DNA from: an uncultured Thermococci archaeon
GTDB lineage: Archaea > Methanobacteriota_B > Thermococci > Methanofastidiosales > B48-G16
Direction: 5' to 3'
Assembly (NCBI GenBank): GCA_964595645.1
Contig: CAZQQT010000008.1
Coordinates: 1 to 64,000, forward strand
Length of the DNA: 64,000 nt
Part shown: one piece after another, positions 60,136 through 64,000 of the stretch
Position numbering within the stretch: position 1 is the stretch's first letter
Layout of the letters: each line of letters starts with the position of its first letter
Translations under genes and position numbers: made by a program
Notes under the pieces: model-generated
The model's input: the letters and a program-made list of their open reading frames with translations, nothing else
Databases searched by the model: none
What the model was told of the DNA's origin: nothing

Positions 60136-60277
60136 ACCACTTGGTAAGAAATTAAGATTAGGTAAAGCGTCAAAACAAAATAGAAGAGTTCCCGTATGGG
60201 TTTGGGCAAAAACACAGATGAATGTGAGAGATCATCCGAAAAGAAGACATTGGCGAAGGAGTAAACTGAAGAGGTGA
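60122..60277 (+). CDS. rpl39e: 50S ribosomal protein L39e (absent from the ORF track)
   Basis: Manual translation [51 protein letters not shown]. Confidence 0.97.
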   Translation: MARNKPLGKKLRLGKASKQNRRVPVWVWAKTQMNVRDHPKRRHWRRSKLKR

Positions 60278-60281
60278 TCCT

Positions 60282-60536
60282 ATGGAATCTGGTGAAGAGC
60301 GAGTATACACTGTACCCTTTCGAAAGGTAAAAAAGGCATCAAGGAAGAAAAGAAGTGCGAAAGCTGTAAAAATACTCAAGGATTTTATCCAACGACACAC
60401 AAAGACAGAGGATATACGGATAGATTCCACGTTAAATGAAAAGATATGGGAAAAAGGAATAGAGAACCCACCATCAAAGCTGAGAATCAGAGTGAAAAAG
60501 GAGGAAGATGTTGCAACGGTATACCTCGCTGAATAA
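60282..60536 (+). CDS. rpl31e: 50S ribosomal protein L31e
   Basis: ERVYTVP, KR..KAVK, LNEKIWEKGI..PP. Confidence 0.96.
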   Translation: MESGEERVYTVPFRKVKKASRKKRSAKAVKILKDFIQRHTKTEDIRIDSTLNEKIWEKGIENPPSKLRIRVKKEEDVATVYLAE

Positions 60537-60537
60537 T

Positions 60538-61179
60538 ATGATAGAAAAACTTGAAATTGGAAGGAATCCTTTTATAGGGGCCTTTGGCATTGCAAATGAA
60601 GAAATAGCATTTCTTTCTGTGGATTTTACAGAGAAAAAAGCAAAGATTGTGGAAAAGATATTGTCCACGGAAGTGCAGCTTACAACAGTATCGAGAACAA
60701 ACCTTGTTGGAATTCTTGGTGCCGGCAACACCCACGGTCTTGTACTTCCCTATACTGTGGAAGATCATGAGATAGATCCCCTAAAAGAGGCAGATGTAAA
60801 TGTAGAGATACTTTCAACAAAGCATACCGCTCTTGGGAATCTGATAGCGTGCAACGATAACGGTGCTGTTATAAGTACGAAACTGAAAGAAGAGGCGAAG
60901 ACAATAGAAGACGCATTGGATGTTGAAGTGTTTATTCAGGGATCTCATAATTACGGGAGCATGATACTCTGCACAAACCATGGATCACTTGTCCATCCGG
61001 CACTCACGGAGGAGACCGATGAGTTTGAGGCAGCGTTTGACGTGGAGGTAGATGTAGGGAGTGCAAACAGAGGGGTCTACTATCTAGGCATCTCCGTCCT
61101 TGCAAATACCCAAGGAGCGGTGGTAGGAAATTTAACGACAGGTCCCGAGATGAATAAAATAGAGGACATCATGTTTTAG
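60538..61179 (+). CDS. eif6: Translation initiation factor 6
   Basis: ALGNLIACNDNGA, G.LVHP, GSANRG, VG..TTGPE. Confidence 0.95.
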   Translation: MIEKLEIGRNPFIGAFGIANEEIAFLSVDFTEKKAKIVEKILSTEVQLTTVSRTNLVGILGAGNTHGLVLPYTVEDHEIDPLKEADVNVEILSTKHTALGNLIACNDNGAVISTKLKEEAKTIEDALDVEVFIQGSHNYGSMILCTNHGSLVHPALTEETDEFEAAFDVEVDVGSANRGVYYLGISVLANTQGAVVGNLTTGPEMNKIEDIMF

Positions 61180-61191
61180 GAGGGAGAATAA

Positions 61192-61374
61192 ATGAAAGAG
61201 TTTAAAATCAGTGGAAAATTCAAAATGGGAGAGAAAATGCAGGATTTTACTAAAGTAGTAAAAGGCCAGAATGAAAAAAGAGTGAGAGAGAAGATCTATT
61301 GCGATATAGGAAGCAGGCACAGGGTGAAACGATCTAATATAACAATTCTCAATGTGGAGAAGGTGGAAGAATGA
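61192..61374 (+). CDS. rplX: 50S ribosomal protein L18Ae/LX
   Basis: FTK.V....E....EKIY..IGSRHRVKR..I.I. Confidence 0.93.
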   Translation: MKEFKISGKFKMGEKMQDFTKVVKGQNEKRVREKIYCDIGSRHRVKRSNITILNVEKVEE

Positions 61375-61763
61375 GTGATAGAGAGGAAAAACTCACGAAG
61401 TTTTCGTATCTGCGGGAACAGCGCGAAGCACTTATAAGACATATCACACTTCTGGAAGAGAAATTGGAAGAGACAAATGTCGCGAAAAAAACGCTAGAAG
61501 CACTGGACAACGCAGGAGAAGGAGAGGTACTGATGCCGATTGGTGGGGGATGTTACGTGGAGGCTGAACTAAAAAAATTGGACAAAGTAATAATCAATAT
61601 TGGTGATGGTGTGTCTAAAGAGGCGTCTGTAGAAGAATCACTCTCTAAACTAGACGAAAACTCTGAAAACATCAATAAATCACTTTCAAACATGAAAGAA
61701 AACCTCTCGAATGTAGAACGGGAGCTTCGAAGTATACAGCGAGAGTTCCAGGAGCAAACGTAG
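61371..61763 (+). CDS. pfdA: Prefoldin alpha subunit
   Basis: Coiled coils flanking EVLMPIGGGCYV.A...KVIINIG.G. Confidence 0.93.
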   Translation: MSDREEKLTKFSYLREQREALIRHITLLEEKLEETNVAKKTLEALDNAGEGEVLMPIGGGCYVEAELKKLDKVIINIGDGVSKEASVEESLSKLDENSENINKSLSNMKENLSNVERELRSIQREFQEQT

Positions 61764-61764
61764 A

Positions 61765-62649
61765 ATGTTTAACTCCCTAAAAAACAAACTGGACACGTTT
61801 CTCCAGGATGTAAGCCAAAAGACAGTTTCTGAAAAGGATATAGATTCAATTCTTTCTGAGTTAAAGCTCATTTTACTTCAGAGTGATGTATCTCTTAGGG
61901 TAGCCGATGAAATAAAAGAAATAATCAAAGAGGATCTCTCAGGAGAGAAAATAGGGATATTGGACAACAAAGAAGCCTATGTGGAGAAGGCGCTGAAAGA
62001 TGCGATACGAAAGATACTTAGATCGAAAGGCGTCGACCTGATCGAAGAAATAGAAAGAAAGAGTCCTTATGTAATGCTCTTTATAGGCTTTAACGGTACA
62101 GGTAAAACGACGACTATCGCAAAACTTGGACATTTACTGAAGAAAAAGGGATTCTCAGTCTTGTTTTCTGCATCAGATACGTTTAGAGCCGGCTCAATAG
62201 AGCAACTGGAAAAACACGCTGAAAATGTGGGCATCAAAAGTATAAAGCATAAATATGGAGGAGATCCTGCAGCCGTCGCCTTCGATGCAGTGAAGCATGC
62301 GGAAGCACGAAATATTGATGTGGTGATGATAGATACAGCGGGGCGCACTGAAACGAATAAGAATCTCATTGAACAGGTAAAGAAGATAAAGAGAGTGGCC
62401 GATCCCGATCTTACCGTCTTTGTAGGGGATGCGTTAGCAGGAAATTCACTTGTCGATCAGGCAGAAAAGTTTGGAGAGGTGAGTATTGACTGTTCGATCC
62501 TGACGAAAATGGATTCTGATGCCAAAGGAGGAGGAGCACTCTCAATCACATTTGCCACTAAGAAACCGATACTCTACGTCGGGGTAGGCCAGGGGTACGA
62601 GGATCTTGAGGAGTTCGATCCTGAGTGGTTCATAAATAATCTTTTTTAA
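61765..62649 (+). CDS. ftsY: Signal recognition particle receptor FtsY
   Basis: GFNGTGKTTTIAKL, DTFRAG, DTAGR, TKMD.DAKGG. Confidence 0.97.
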   Translation: MFNSLKNKLDTFLQDVSQKTVSEKDIDSILSELKLILLQSDVSLRVADEIKEIIKEDLSGEKIGILDNKEAYVEKALKDAIRKILRSKGVDLIEEIERKSPYVMLFIGFNGTGKTTTIAKLGHLLKKKGFSVLFSASDTFRAGSIEQLEKHAENVGIKSIKHKYGGDPAAVAFDAVKHAEARNIDVVMIDTAGRTETNKNLIEQVKKIKRVADPDLTVFVGDALAGNSLVDQAEKFGEVSIDCSILTKMDSDAKGGGALSITFATKKPILYVGVGQGYEDLEEFDPEWFINNLF

Positions 62650-62728
62650 ACTTTATAGTTAATAATATCTTTATTTTTCTTTGAGATAATTAGAAAAACT
62701 TAAATATATGAGTTGTGCAAAGTATATC

Positions 62729-63187
62729 ATGTACATGCCGAAGGGCTGGCCCAAGAAAGATCTTGAAGAAAAGGATTTTCAACTATCTCTTACAGAGCTG
62801 AAGAAGAGAAAATTGGGCATCGACGCGAGCTTTTCTGGATATATTCGAGTCTTCGGTGTGAACTCTACGGAGCATCATGATGACTACTACTTTCTCATCG
62901 AACACGGAGCAATTATTGCAGCAGAAAAGGTAGAAATAGAACGAAAGATACGAACGATTGGTGGTGATGTGATTGAAGAAATGGACCATCGTTATAACCA
63001 ATGTGAGATAACGGTGATAAAGTTTGACCTTTCGCAGTTGGAAATCTCAAAGGAGATGAATGAGGAATGCGCACTGAGTACTAAGCTGCCATTCAGAAGT
63101 GATATAGATAGGGAACAGTTGCTCAAAAGAATAAACACAGGACGTATCGATGCAGACAAAATTCTCCATAGACTGAAAAAGAGATAG
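62729..63187 (+). CDS. DUF2226-like archaeal hypothetical protein
   Basis: FSGYIRV, FLIEHG.IIAA, LEISKEMN..C, C-terminal REQLLKR. Confidence 0.55.
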   Translation: MYMPKGWPKKDLEEKDFQLSLTELKKRKLGIDASFSGYIRVFGVNSTEHHDDYYFLIEHGAIIAAEKVEIERKIRTIGGDVIEEMDHRYNQCEITVIKFDLSQLEISKEMNEECALSTKLPFRSDIDREQLLKRINTGRIDADKILHRLKKR

Positions 63188-63192
63188 CTCTC

Positions 63193-63999
63193 TTATTGTT
63201 CCTCTCTAAACTCAGGGACGGCTTCTTTGAACGGATCGAAAGTTTCCCAATTCTCTACTACCGTGCAGATCATGGATACCTTTGAGTGGAGTGTGGTGGG
63301 AAGCCGTAGAATTCGTTTTGTATCGATTGTCACCTTGCCATCTGCCAGTTCTGCATTTATTTCTGCCACCTTTTTAATTAGTCGCTTCTTTGTCTTTTTT
63401 CCCACGAAATCCAGAAAATCTGCTCTTCTTTCTTGGATCCGACTGATTATTTCTTCTTTATTATCCAGCAGTTTTTTGCTTCTGACACTATTCATCCGTG
63501 AGAAGGTGAATACAAACATTCTCCGGAAGACCTCGGGGTATCCATGAAGCATGAGAGGATCAGCAGGTACCTTTGATGCCGTCACGTAATCGAACATTTT
63601 ACTCCTGTCCTCGATCTGCAATGCTTCTTCATCTAGTACTCTCACGTGGTACCCCCTTCCAGAGTAAATGAGAAAGATATCCTTCAGAGAAAAACTTGTT
63701 TTCAGCGTGTCGATAATAGTAAGTGCCAGTCGTTTGGCGTCTTCGAGGCACTCCTCACATAGTTCCCCTTGGGCACAGTCGCACTGTCGTACCTTTAAAT
63801 CTTTTGCATCGATATCAAAAACAAGTTCTGCCTTCATCCACTCTTTCCTTTTTTTCGGTTCCTGGTAGTACGAAATAGATGAATATGCTGCGTATGGTGC
63901 CTTTATTTTCATGAATTTTTCAAACTTTTTCATCGTATCAAAGGCTCTATATCTATCATTTGGTCCGTTTCCATCATGATCGAATCCAAACTCACGGTA
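63193..63999 (-). CDS. priS: DNA primase catalytic subunit PriS (5' end outside window)
   Basis: REFGFD, ELVFDIDAKDL, YSGRGYH, D.KVTID.KRILRLP.TLH; frame open to the window edge. Confidence 0.96.
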   Translation of the reverse strand, partial: YREFGFDHDGNGPNDRYRAFDTMKKFEKFMKIKAPYAAYSSISYYQEPKKRKEWMKAELVFDIDAKDLKVRQCDCAQGELCEECLEDAKRLALTIIDTLKTSFSLKDIFLIYSGRGYHVRVLDEEALQIEDRSKMFDYVTASKVPADPLMLHGYPEVFRRMFVFTFSRMNSVRSKKLLDNKEEIISRIQERRADFLDFVGKKTKKRLIKKVAEINAELADGKVTIDTKRILRLPTTLHSKVSMICTVVENWETFDPFKEAVPEFREEQ

Positions 64000-64000
64000 C

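Overview
Archaeal chromosomal segment. EF-1alpha, rpS19e-PDCD5-L39e-L31e-eIF6-LX-prefoldin-FtsY, Hel308, gins23-mcm and PriS identify it as euryarchaeal; a Thermococci-related lineage such as Methanofastidiosa or Theionarchaea is a guess from gene content. It is mostly housekeeping, redox and cell-surface genes, and I saw no rRNA, tRNA, CRISPR array or transposase. Main unusual elements: (1) 1-4016, an AT-rich array resembling a polymorphic toxin-immunity locus, with Cys-clamped helical-hairpin cassettes, paralogous membrane proteins and relic cassette tails in front of orphan genes; (2) 29964-31538, a degenerate MCM-like paralogue (Walker motifs lost, arginine finger kept) directly upstream of gins23-mcm; (3) a C-terminal domain (INPV...NTIYANNELLK) shared by two unrelated secreted proteins; (4) a threonine-synthase-fold protein lacking its PLP lysine and fused to a winged HTH; (5) a BlaI/BlaR1-type pair whose sensor tail has ten tandem N-glycosylation sequons; (6) a palindromic motif shared upstream of two surface-protein genes. 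All family calls come from reading motifs by eye; no searches were run.
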